The position numbers were made by a program, and so were the translations under genes. Shown here in pieces: positions 13,471 to 27,274 of a stretch of 64,000 nt of DNA (position 1 is its first letter; the number at the start of each line of letters is the position of its first letter). Below the pieces are notes generated by a model, which saw nothing but the letters and a program-made list of their open reading frames with translations, was not told where the DNA came from and made no database searches. Source of the stretch: the human T2T-CHM13v2.0 reference genome, Homo sapiens. Where the stretch lies: NCBI RefSeq assembly GCF_009914755.1, contig NC_060933.1; one strand, written 5' to 3'.

Positions 13471-13640
13471 CAGCTGTTTTAACCCCCAGCGGACATTTGG
13501 CAAAGTCTGAAGGTTGTTACAATGTTAGGGGGAGACGTGCTACTGGCATCTAGAGAGTGAAGGTCAGAGAGGCTGCTCATCATCCTAAAATGCACAGGAC
13601 AGCTGGTCCCAAAGGTCGACCATGCCAAGATGGGGAAGTT
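13471..13640. mobile_element. MER20 (hAT-Charlie)
   Basis: ggacatttggcaaagtctg...tgctactggcatctag...catcctaaaatgcacaggacagc. Confidence 0.75.
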
Positions 13641-13885
13641 AAGATTGCTTTGTTTAAACAGAAGAGAGCAAGACAGAATGGGCAGAACCTCATAAAAGTA
13701 CCAGAGAGAATGTGTGATGGGAGGTAGGGACTCAATCCACGCAGGTGTTCAACTGCTTGGACCAGCCAGGGTCCACCAGAGAGGGCGCTGCAGACACCAG
13801 GTCAGGAGAGGATCTCAGCAGCGAGGAGGCCACCAGCCAGCCCTGGACACCAGTGGGCAGCGCCCAGAAGGTGCTCGCTCTCATG

Positions 13886-13914
13886 AAAAAAAAAAAAAAA
13901 AAAAAAAAAAAAAA
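13886..13914. repeat. A29 homopolymer
   Basis: 29 uninterrupted A, with no adjacent Alu or L1 body. Confidence 0.95.
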
Positions 13915-14759
13915 CAAGGCCACAAGCCATCTCCTCAGAGGAGGCGGGATCAGATCCAACATCCAACAAAGTACATCTCTCTTAGCAGATATTTTAGGTA
14001 TTAAAGTGCATTTAACTAAATTATAGGAAATTACACATTGGCCAATTTAATTTAATTTTCAGTGCTCAAAGGCTTTACTTCAAAAGGAACTATAAGTTCC
14101 TAATCTTTATATAACAAGTCTTCATTTCTCAAGGTTATAAGCAGTAAAATGAAAACATGAAGAGAAAGGACTTTATACAAAAGCACTGTGCCAAACAAAA
14201 GAAGCTGTGTTTTCTAAAATAAGTGACTTCCATCCTACTAAGCAGATGCAGATGTACTAATCTTCATTTTTAAAAGGCCCTGGGGGCAGAAAGGAAGGAG
14301 GAATTATCGAATATAACTTCTTCGCATGGAGTTTGTCTCAGGAGTCACATCTTCTGAGCTGGTGCTCTTAGCAGCTTGCTTCATTTTTAGTCATTCCCCT
14401 GGATTCCTGAAAATTTAAGATTTCAACAAATAATGATTGAGCACCTACTATGTGCTGGGCCAGGAGCTCCCACAGGCCTTTTCTGAGGGCTGCCTGTCAC
14501 CTCTGTGGGCCACCAGAGGATGCCTCCCAGTAGGGTTCGTCAAGGAATCTCAAACCCAAGTTTGCAAAGTAATGGGGTTCAATCTCCATCGCTTTTAGAC
14601 ACTTTAGACTTTGTGCTTTTTCAATAATAAATAAAAAATATTAACAGCATTTAATGATGAGAAAATGCTTATGATTGATTCTAAAGGAAGAAAGATGAAT
14701 CTGACATTTTCTATACAGTTGGAACACTATTATATCAAAGATGCACATAAAAATAAACC

Positions 14760-15850
<1,091 letters not shown>

Positions 15851-15939
15851 AAGTTTGAAAATGCACAGAAACAATGAAGAAATTACAAGCTATATTCAAT
15901 AGAATTGAAGTAGCAAGTGATTGTAAAATAGATTATATT

Positions 15940-16590
15940 TTATGTTTCACAAGTAAAGAAAAAATATAGCCAATAAGATGATGACACAACATTTTCCTAT
16001 CACTTAGGCTTTTTCTTTACACTTTTAGAGAACTCTTTTAGACTTGCTAATGCATCAATTTTTATTCTATATCACTCTTTTGTACATATAAAAACAAACA
16101 GGTAAGTGAAATAAGTTAAAGTTATCCTCCAACTTCTTCACATGCCAATTTCAACACTTCTGAACCCTTTGATTCAGAATTGTTCACGTTTGTGCTTTTC
16201 TATGGAATATCATCCTCTGAGCCATCAAGAATGTAGGTGATACAGCAGCTTTTCAAAAGAATATTCCATGATTATTTCCAGTATTTTCTTCCAAGCCACT
16301 GAACCCTATCCTGCAAGCTTTAATGCTTGACCTTTCCAGAAGGGATTGGGGAAAGGACTTTGGCCAACAGTGAGGACTGTCATTCCCTGAAATGCTGGTG
16401 TACTGATCATTGACCTAATTCTGCCAACACAAACAGCTTCAAGTGTGCCCATGCCGAGGACTGACAGCAACCACACAACTGCCATGGGCCTGACAGAAGC
16501 AACTGTGAAGACACCGTGAATATAAAATGCATCCAGATTTCAGAGATATTAACATGTGAAAAGGGTGCATCTTGGAATTAAAATGTGATA
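15940..16590 (-). mobile_element. TcMar-Tc2 (Kanga/MER104-like) DNA transposon remnant
   Basis: The terminus atgcatccagatttcagagatattaacatgtgaaaagggtgcatcttgg matches a MER104/Kanga end. 16247-16206 translates CCITYILDGSEDDI, typical of pogo/Tc2 transposase C-termini. Confidence 0.7.
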
Positions 16591-17111
16591 TTTAAAAATC
16601 TTAACAGCGTTGAGTTTGTGGATGGGAGATCATTCCAATTTTGTATCAATAAGCACATATTAATTTGTTGGTGTTTTTGTAATCAGAAAAAATGAATACA
16701 TTTTGATTCACAAGACATAGTTATTTTCTCTGAATTTCATGCCTGATTTTTATCTGTGCATTTCCTATGTTTCCCATCGCACAAACTTATCCATCTATTA
16801 GTTCAGGTCTAAGGAGCTTCTCTGCTGTAGAATTCATTAATTGACCCAATAAACGTTAATTAAAAGCTCATGAGACATAAGGAAAAGCCAAACTCAGATG
16901 GTACCATCAAGGGTCTTAAAGTCCAGTCAGAAAGAGAAGGTAACACTTAGAACTGATCCAAGATGCATATTTTTTTTCATATTTTAACATTTCTGAAATC
17001 GCTGTGGGCCAGGCAGCAGTCATGAGGTAGTTACCACTTCCTGCACATATGCATCAAAGCTTGCAGAACGGGTATCATTAGTTTGAAAGAGAATTCCAAA
17101 AAGTTGAGAAC

Positions 17112-19095
17112 TTTTTTAAGAGTCAAGTTTATTGAGGTATAATAAACCTTTTTTAGATGTTCAGTTATGAGGGTTTTTGTTGTTGTTGTTAATTTTTTGC
17201 AAAGATAGGGGTCTCACTATGTTGCGCAGGTTGGTCTCAAACTCCCGGCCTCAAGTGATCCTGCCTCAGCCTCCCAAAGTGCTGGGAGCTACCATGCCCA
17301 TCCTTAGTTCTATGAATTTTGAAAAACCCATATAGTCACGTAACTATCATCAAATCAAGAGATAGAATAGTTCTTTTATCCCCAAAAGGTTTCTCCATGC
17401 CCCTTTTGTAATCAATATCACTTTTCCCCACCTCCAGATCCTAGCGACCTGTGATCTAATTTCTTTCTCTATAGTTTTACCTTTTCTAGAATGTCACATA
17501 AAGGGAATCACATAGTATGAAGCTTTTTGTATCTGGCTTCTTTTACTTGGCATAGTGTTTTTGAGATCCATCCACATTGTTGTACATATTACCTGTTTTT
17601 ATTGCTTAGAATTATTTCATTTAAGTCTGTTCTTATGCTGATTCTACACTGTGAATTCTCTTTGAACTGATTTTCAAAATTCTTTTGTTGGTTATTCTAG
17701 ATTTAAGATTCAGCTTGTCAATTTCTACAAAAAGCCTACTGGTACTTTTACTGGAATTGTGTTAAATCTATAAATCAATTTGGAAAGGTTTTGACATTTT
17801 AACAATACTGAGTCTTTAGTCTATGAACACGGTATATCTGTCCATTTATTTAGCTCTTTAATTTTTCTCATCAATGTTCAATAGTTCTTAGCATATAAAT
17901 CTTACACATATTTTGTTAAATGTAACACTAAAATATTTTATGTTTTTATGCTATTGTAAATGGTTAGTTTTTAATTTTATTTTCCAATTGACCTTTGTTA
18001 GTACATAGAAATGCAATTGATATTTGTATTTTGACATTGTATCCTACAACCTTGCTAAACTCACTTATTCTAATAGCTTTCATGTAGATTTGTCAGGATT
18101 TTCTATGTAGATGTCCATGTTATATGAAAAAAAAGATACTTTTACTTCTTGTCTAATTTGAATGGCTTTTATTTTTTTCTTGCCTTATTGCATTGACTTG
18201 CCTTGTTCTTGATCTTAAAAGTATTCGGTTTTTACCATTAACTATGATATTGACTGTACATTTTTAGTGGATGCCCTGTTATCAGATTGAGGAACTTTCC
18301 TTCTATTCCTAGTGTGTTGACAGTTTTTATAATGAATGTATGTTGAATTTTGTCAAAGGCTTTTCTGTATCTGTTGAGATTTTCATATATATATATATAT
18401 TTTTTTTAATTTGCCAATATGGGGAATTACACTGATTTTTTTTAATGTTGACTCAACCTTACAATCCTTGGAAAACCCCTACAGGGTATAATGCATTATT
18501 TTCTTTTTGACATATCGCTTGATCCAATTTGTTTATATGTTGTTAGGGTTTGTGTCTAGGTTCATAAATTTTCTTTTCTTGTAATGCCTTTGTCTGGTTT
18601 GGGTATCAGGATAATACTGCCTCTAAAATAAACTGGAAAGTGTTCCCTCCTATATTCTGGAAAAGATTGTGGAGAATTGATGTTATTTTTTCCTTAAATG
18701 TTTGGTAGCATTCACTAGTGGTCCTGACCCTGGAGTTTTCTCTCTAAAAATATTTTTACAATCATTTAATTTATTTAATAGATACAGGCCTATTCAGATT
18801 ATCTCTTTTTTTCTTTAGCAAACATTAGTAGTTGTATCTTTCAAAGAATTTGTTCATTTCATCTAAGTTGTTAAATTCATTAGCATCAAGTTTAACCTAA
18901 TGCCCCTTATTATTCTCTCAGTGTCTACAGCATCTAAAAGGATGATGGCCTCTCCTTTGTTCCTGATATTGGTCATTTGAACTTCTCTCTCTCTTTTTGA
19001 TCCCTCTAACTAGCAGTTTATCATGGCATTGATCTTTTTAAAAACCACCTTTGGTTTTCAATATTTCCTCTATCTTTTTTCAGATTCCAAATTTA
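17112..19095 (-). mobile_element. Old L1M (L1MB/ME) ORF2-3' segment
   Basis: T-rich sequence with antisense L1 motifs (tttattgaggtataat; ctggcttcttttacttggcatagtgtttttgagatccatcca; tctggtttgggtatcaggataatactg). Confidence 0.85.
17172..17303 (-). mobile_element. FLAM/free left Alu monomer
   Basis: Single monomer: ggtctcactatgttgcgcaggttggtctcaaactcc...cctcccaaagtgctggg. Confidence 0.8.
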
Positions 19096-19424
19096 TTCAT
19101 TTCCAATGCTCTTCAAATGACTTAATGGACAATAAAACTTATGAAAAAAACAGATGGTAATGACTCTGGATCAAGGAATGAGTCTGTATATTCAGACTCT
19201 GAATTTGAAGAAAATTTTAGGAATACCTTTTTTATATTGCTTGTATTTTCCTTTTAAGAGATATGCAAGTGTTATAATGATATGTCTGTGTCTGTAATAA
19301 CCCAAAATAGCGTTTTCAATATATATGAACTGATTCTAAGTGATATGAAAGCATTGTGTCATATTTTAATTGGCAGGTTTTTTTTGTAGTTGTAAAATAA
19401 TGAAGTGTTTAACAGCAGATGATA

Positions 19425-19609
19425 CAGTATGTCCCCACTTAATGTCATGTATAGGTTCTTGGAAACTTTGGCTTTAAGCTAAACAATGTACAGCAAAGTC
19501 ATTTCATTATACCATTGGTGAGAAAAAAACATTGGTTTTGTTATATGCCATTTCACTTAAAGTTGCAGTTTCCAAAAACCCATTGATGATGTTAAGTGAG
19601 GACTTACTG
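19425..19609. mobile_element. Tigger5/MER47-like MITE
   Basis: Long terminal inverted repeats: cagtatgtccccacttaatgtcat...ttggaaact at the left end and agtttccaa...atgatgttaagtgaggacttactg at the right end. TA precedes the left end. Confidence 0.75.
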
Positions 19610-19869
19610 TCTTTAGAAGTAGATGAAAAATGGTCTGTGTCTTTAAAAGTTCAATATGATGTGCAATGAAATCAAAGTCTCCAGATGAATACGAACATAG
19701 TGGCCTTGTAGCTCAGGACAAAAGTAAATCCAACTGTGGCTCAATATTTAGCCTGGAGGGTGATGGTGGGGCATGGACTGTGGACCAGGAGAATGGACAG
19801 CAGGAATTCAGTGTGGAGGATATGCTGAATGGAAGTTGGGAGGAATGTTTGGAAAGGTGTGCTGCAGCC

Positions 19870-20860
19870 AGGCAAGCGGAACTTAACGATGAATGCTAAG
19901 AAAGTTTTCATTTGTTCAGCAAAGAATGGATAAGCAACGATGTTTAATAGGGAGTCATATGTTTGAGGCACGTTAACCTATTCACAAGAACAAAGGAAAC
20001 TGAAGGAGAGAGAGAGACGGGAAAAAGAGAAATGACAAGGGAGCTTCTGAGGGAGAATCAACAGGTATTCGTAATTGAACAGGGAGAAAGATGAGATGAA
20101 ACCAACTCCAAGCTTTTGAGTTTGGGAGACCACGTGGATTGCAGTTACAAGAAGAATTCAGAGATGGGAGCCGAGCCTGACCCCAGTAATGGAGGGGAGA
20201 ATGGGTGAAGTTATGAGAAGTAATGTTGCAGAGCCAGGACTCAGGACTCAGCAGCTGCTTGGCTACCTCCAAAAAGACATGTCCAGGAGGCTAGGCTACT
20301 ATAGCCCAGGCCTGGACCTTAAGAGAAAATCCGGATGTGGAGATAGAGATTTGTGACTTATATACCTGGAAGTGTTGTTTGAAGCAATGAGATTATCAAT
20401 ACGGAGAGCATAAAATAAAAATGAGAATATCAGTATTTGTCAACATGTTTGAGCTCTTGCATTTCCTAGGCAGCATGTTAAATGCTTTTCAGATATTAGC
20501 TCAATTAATTCTCAGCCCTATGATGGAGATGCCATTGTGAATCCCATTTTAAACATGGGGGAACTGAGAAACAGAGGACTTAAGTCATGTGCACAAGGTC
20601 ACATTGCTGGAAAACTGTGGATCCTAGACAAAAACCCAGATAGTCAGACTCTAAACCTACTACCAGAGGCTGCCTCTGTCAGGAGCAAAGGGATCCCTAT
20701 GGAATGATATGTTTGGGTGATAAGTGAACTCAGAGGAAAAGACAGAAAAGGAGCAATCAGAGAGGTACATTTTGACACAAATGTGCTTCTGGCATGAGGA
20801 TTATAAAAATGCACCATGCCAGATGGTTCTCAAGGAGAGTAGGGGAATGAACACCACGGA
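19870..20860 (-). mobile_element. L2 fragments with an inserted MIR (~20425-20670)
   Basis: Purine-rich L2-like text (actccaagcttttgagtttgggag; ggatgtggagatagagatttgtga) and a MIR core (ggaactgagaaacagaggacttaagtcatgtgcacaaggtcaca). Confidence 0.6.
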
Positions 20861-21042
20861 TTCATTTTATGGATTCTATTTAAACCATTCTCAGTCACCA
20901 AGTCATCTATGTTCTCCATTTTTAAAATTTCTGGATGAGTGGGATCAATTGAAAAAAAAAATAAACAGACTCGTTTTCAAAGCTGTGGTTTCATAGATGG
21001 TAGCTGCAAATGGTTCCAAAGTTAAAAATAGAACTCTTAAAT

Positions 21043-21236
21043 ACTGGTTCTCAAACTGGGGTACCTGGATGGGCAGCATGAGCAACCCCTGAAAACTTTT
21101 TGGAAGTTCACATTCTCACACCCCACCTCTGACTTACTGAATCACAAAACTCTGTGGGGTCGGCTCAGCAATCTGTGTTGTAACTAACTCTGCAGGTGAT
21201 TTTGATGTATGTATGCTCCAGTCCAAGAACCACTAT
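21043..21236. mobile_element. MER5A (hAT-Charlie)
   Basis: tggttctcaaact...ccccacctctgacttactgaatcacaaaactctg...aatctgtgttgtaac...ggtgattttgatg...agaaccact. Confidence 0.8.
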
Positions 21237-22230
21237 TCTAAAAAATGAAATGATTTAAGTATGTGTAGCAAATCTTTGAGGGCCTTGTGCCAAGTCAGAG
21301 TGCCCACAGAATACAGACCAGCTCTGTGGCCCCTCTGCAACCAACCTGATGGATTCTTAAAGGAATTTGTGCTGCAGCGGAGCCCACATTAGGTGAGAAG
21401 TGCTTTCCCACTGCTGTGATGACAGAGATCTTCTGTACTTTGCTGTCACCACCTTGAGCTAGGTAGCAGGACCACCTTGGGGGTCGCCCATTTCATCCCC
21501 ACACCAAGCCCATCCTTCCTCAGTTTATCTATCCTCTCACCCTCCAATCCAACCTTTCCCCACCCCATCCCACCCTTCATTTGCTATTTGAGGTAGTGAG
21601 GGCCTTATGTTTTCTATAAATTATTCATATTCAATTTTTAAAGAAGATTTCTATGTTGTTACATATCCTTTTACTATTTGGGGAAATTCAACTAAGAGTT
21701 TCTGAAGCACAGAAAGGAGGGACGTCGCCATGCCCGGGATGAGCACAGTCAGGTGAATGCAGGCAGTGCAGTCTTCACAGAGGCAATGCTGCCCCTACAG
21801 CTGACCCTTCTTACATGCACTTGCCCACTGCATCCCAGCCGACTGCAAGTGCCTCTCACAGACTCTAACCTTACACTCATTTTCTTTGTACCCTGCTCAA
21901 GACCATCACACCACAGTGGTCAGCAAATCCATCTTGATGGTCTTGTAATGATGCCCCTCTGTACTTGTGGGGTTTGCCAGTCCTCCTGCCTTTCTGAAGG
22001 ATGTGAGCCCCCTTACTCAAGCAGCAGTATAACTGCTACTCCTGACTGTAGTCTCTGGGTTCAGACTGTTCTAGCTCAAATCTTGACTTTGCCCTTTCCT
22101 AGCTATCTGGTCTCAGACAATTTGCATAAACTTTCGGATCCTGTATCCTCATCCCCAAAATACACACAATCTGCCTCCCAAGGTTACTGAGAAAAGACCA
22201 CACACACCCTCATCGCTATCTGAAATTACC

Positions 22231-22309
22231 GTGCTGAACTATATAAAATTGCTGATACTGGATCATTTCATCTATAAAAATGGCATGTTCATATGGTTCA
22301 CCTTGATAT
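22231..22309. mobile_element. MADE2-like mariner MITE
   Basis: ~80-bp element with inverted ends tgaactatataaaattgc and gcatgttcatatggttca. Confidence 0.6.
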
Positions 22310-24692
22310 CCTACTTATGTATATGTTTGTGTATTTCCCTCTCCCCATAACAGAAGGTAAGCACTTACTTAGTGTTTTATCTTCAATATCTAAACAGTGA
22401 CTAGACATGGTATGTGTTTGATAAATATTTGTTGAATGTATGAATGACACCTTAGTGCAGTGTCTGGAGCAGGGTAAGTATTCTATCCTAGTGTCATCCT
22501 CATCATCATCATTAGAATTAGTAAAGCAGAAACACAGAATGAAATACTAGACAATATCAGCTCAAGTGAAAATTAATGCCACATCACCACATATTTTCAA
22601 TAACTTCAGTTTGTTGCATCAAACCAATCTTTCCCTTCAGTTAGAAAAAACACCCTGGAATGAATTGGTAGATATTAATAATAACAATACCAATCAGCAA
22701 CTGATATTATTATACACAGAATTTTATCAGGAGTGAGTAGCAAAAGGATATTCATGGTAATAACCCCATGCAGATTTATTGAACATCCACTATGTGCCAG
22801 GTGCAGCCACAGCACTTTCAGGTCTCATTTCTATGTCTCTCAACAAGCCTCGAAGCAGGGGTGTCATGCATGTTCTCTGGATGAGGACCCCAGCCCTAGA
22901 GAGGTCAATCTCATTGGTGGAATGAGTGTCTCTGCTGAGTATTAGTGTGGGCTGGTACCCAGGAACCCTTTCCTCATCCCCTAAGAGTAGGAAGCTCACC
23001 CTACATCAACAGGCTCTGCTCCAAGGGGTCAGGAGTTTGCTGTCCAAAGACTGGACCAGGCAGCTGTTCAGAGGTGCCTCAACCAAAAAATCTAATTTAG
23101 AGAGTCAGACATGGGAGCCAAGTGCTCTGACACTGTGTGGCTCCAGCCAGCGCTGTCGCCTGGCAGGCCCTGACACTCTGAGCCACATGGACAGTCCCGT
23201 AAATGCTGCCATGCTCCTGGGAGTGCCTGCATCTAGTCTCCGCCCCTTCAGTGGTGGCTTCTCCAGCTTTCTCAGCCCACACAGGGCAGCCTGGAGGAGC
23301 AGGGGACTGTCCTTCAGTAGTGAGGGGAGGCAGTCGGTGAGCAGACATCCTAGCTTCCCCAGTTCCTACGCACTTCCCCAAAGGGCCCAGCGCCCACAGC
23401 GGGACCCTGCTCCAGATGGTCCTGGGGGTGGTTCTCCCTTCCTACTGGCTGTGCCCACCCCTGCCACTGCTCCCTAGGTATCCTCCCAAATAGCCTCCTG
23501 GCACCAAGTCTCAGGGGCTGCTGGGGGAATGCAACTGAAGATACCTTCGGTCTAACCAAGAAAACGGCTTGTGGGTCCCTTCCCTTCACCACAGCTGGAT
23601 CAGACATTTCCACAGTGATGTCTGTTTAACCTCACAAATGAAAAATAAACCTACTAGATGCATTATGGTTGAGGGACTGAACACGAAAATAGAGCAGAAT
23701 GAGGCCTGGAGGAAGCAGAGCCCCAATCCCTGTTTCAGGGCTCTGCTGGTGTTCTAACGGCAGGAAGGCTCCAGCCTAATGGGTTCAGACTGTCTCCATG
23801 GTCCTTCGCTGAGCCTCACTCAGGTCCCTACTCTTTGGCAAGCATTAGAACTGCTGCACAGAGTTGGACCAGCTAAGGGACTGTCAGGAGTGACCACTTA
23901 CATTCCAGTCACCCTGATGGGCTGGCTGGAGAACTCGGCCCAAGTCGTACACCTGCCATATTGTTGAGGAAGAAATTCACTCTGGCTTAAGTGCTCCCTC
24001 CCTCCTCTGGGAAGTCTCCCAGGCCGCAAGGACCCTCTTCCATGTTTCTGGGGTAGTATCCCATGACTGCAGTAAGTATGTGGCCCCTTGCCCTGTGACT
24101 CTGGGCTCCTTTCCTGGGTTGTGGTCCCTGAGGACTCATAATCCCTGCACCCCTATGTCTAATGCATTTTTGCACACAAATGCCCATGAAGCCAACACGA
24201 GGGTACAGTATTATTCTAGCTGGTGTTAAAATCAGAGTAATAGTGCAGAAGTGAAGTGGAGGCATCCAGCCTACTTTATTCCAAAGGCGGGATGCACATG
24301 CACACAGGCAAGCTGGTGTTTTCAAAAAGGACTCTAAACCAGGACAGCATCAACCCCTTCCTGCCAGGCCTCACCCCTCTGCAGGTGCAGGCTGAGAGAG
24401 GCTTGGCCATGAAACATGTTTAGAATAAGCACATTTAGTAAGAGCCTGTAAGGCTAAAATCCAAAAGCTAGCCATTCTGCACCACCCAAATGCACAGGGA
24501 TCAGGGTTGGGGGTGGGGTGGGGTGGTAGGTAATTCACATGACTGCTCTCTGTTCTAATTCCGAAATTCAACCAGCCTCAGAGAATCTACAAAAATAGAT
24601 TCACTCTTTTCCCTTTCCCTGGCATGTTTAATTTAAATCAACATTAAAGGTATTTATTTTGCAGTGAAAAAGGAATTCTGAAATATCATAAT

Positions 24693-25376
<684 letters not shown>

Positions 25377-27053
25377 AAGTCTAATTTAAGATTAATTGAA
25401 ATCTAATTTACGGATAAGATTTCTTATCAGATCTAAGGAAGCCCATGAATAAAAGTCTACATTGATTTCTTTACCCTGCACCAGTTGTAAAAACATCTTA
25501 GCATGGTTTATACAATGGATTTCCAAATATGAGACTCTTCAGAGTTACATCCCAGTGTTTGCAAAAATGAGAAAGTCGCCCTAACACTAACAGAATGCCC
25601 TTCATTAGCATAGAACAGCTGCAGCCAATTCATGTCCACTTAGTAGAGTTCGTGCTAACCACTCTCAAAGAAGAAATTATTACCAAAAAATCTGAACAAA
25701 AAATATTCAGATCCCACTGCCCTGCATCTGGGAATACACATCATTTAACTGGGCAGTTGTAATAGAACCTTCAAAGCATTCCTCGACTTCTGACATTCTC
25801 TGAGGTTCCAAGGAGGCCTGACCTTACCTGCCCTTCTTCCTCAATGTCCATCTTCCACTCCACACAGCTTCTCTCAGCCTGGGCCAGGTCCTGGGGATAG
25901 GAAATCCTCTACAAACAACATAAATATCTTGTTAGTAAATGCAGCCTGTCTTAATACTGCACAATATGCATTGTTTCCATCCCCAAATGAACTTGTGATT
26001 AAAGGTCCATGCAACCCAGAAATGTCTGAAGAGAGAGGTAGAGGGGTCGCAGAGGATGCATGGGTGAAGGGGGTCCCTCCTCCGGTCATGGTGCCCAGCA
26101 TGCAGTCTGGTTGGCCCCTCCCTTTCAGGAAGTCCAGCGAGGGTGCACACCCAGGCTCATGCACACAGAATACATACATAGAGTTGGGACGGAATGTACA
26201 TGGATAAGGGTGCTCAGAGACATGATGGAGTGAAAGGATTGTGTGGTGAAAGTTTTTACCTTGGACTTTTGTTTTCTGAGAGCATTTATAGAATGTTGGA
26301 AGCCAGAAGTGACCTGAGAGCTGAGTTTTGCCAAGCCTTCCAAGTGAACTCTTAGAAGAGAAGAGAGGGTGGACGCAGTTGCGAAGCTGTGCTGAGATCT
26401 TGTCTGGCCTGCTCTCCTTCAAGGTGAAGATGAAACCCACTGTGCCAAGGGTTGGTGAGGAGACCACCCCCATGCACTCCAGGTTGTGATTCTCACCAAC
26501 ATCTTCAGGCATCTCCAGGCTCCTGCTCCCTTCTTCATCTCACCAGGGCTTGTTTGCTCTTTTGTTCAGACTCAAAGCCATGCTGAATGCTTAACACTCA
26601 TACCAAGATCACATGATTACTCAGCTAACTTCTAAGCAAAGTCTCTCCCATGAAACATCCAACAGAAAAGTATGCAATTTCATAGCATTCAGTCCACTCA
26701 TGCACTGACAGCTGACCTGCATGTTCCTTCATTTATACCTATGCCTCATTGTTTTATTAAGGTAAGCAAGCAACACTCTGAACTGCAATATACACATACA
26801 CTGACATGAGTGATAAATTTCTCCTCAGAACCCAGCCAATACACTGAAAAAGAACAAAAAGGAAACACCTTTCCAAAAGAAAGATGTTTTCCTTTCACAA
26901 GTTTGATTTGGCTTTCAAACTAAGAAGATTTTATACATATTCCTGGGGAGTTTTCAAATCACCTCAATTCTGAAGTGGAGTCCTCACATTTGTGTATACA
27001 AAGTGAAATGCTGGGAGTGAAGCCCAGCCGTAGGGGCAAAATTTTAAATTAAA

Positions 27054-27274
27054 CAGATAATTAGGGATTAATTATCTGCTTATAAAAATATTTTTTAATA
27101 AAAGGTGTGACTGGAGTGCCTTTGGAAACCAGTTTTCCTGGTGCCTGTATAATATAACTTAATTAGGACATTAGATTTCCCTATAAACTTCCAAGAATTT
27201 CTTTAGTATATAAAGTAAACCATGGCAGTGGAGTTTAATCACAGGTATGTTGAACACTTAGTTACCATGGAGAC
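27054..27274. promoter_or_regulatory. Candidate intronic enhancer: palindromic GATA/homeodomain site plus RFX X-box
   Basis: cagataatta-gggat-taattatctg inverted repeat at 27054-27078 and GTTACCATGGAGAC X-box at 27261-27274, within apparently TE-free sequence. Motif evidence only. Confidence 0.35.

Larger units (their letters stand above)
16950..19424 (+). mobile_element. Second Kanga/MER104-like element (16950-17110 and ~19100-19424) split by an L1 insertion
   Basis: tccaagatgcatattttttttcatattttaacatttctgaaatcgctgtgggccaggcagcagtcatgaggtagtt is the plus-strand 5' end. The AT-rich remainder resumes after the L1. Confidence 0.6.

Noticed and set aside
25874-26512. 212-aa minus-strand ORF as an independent protein
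   Set aside because: No homology recognised. It runs across apparent donor (26260) and acceptor (25908) sites and is in a different frame from the cassette exon.
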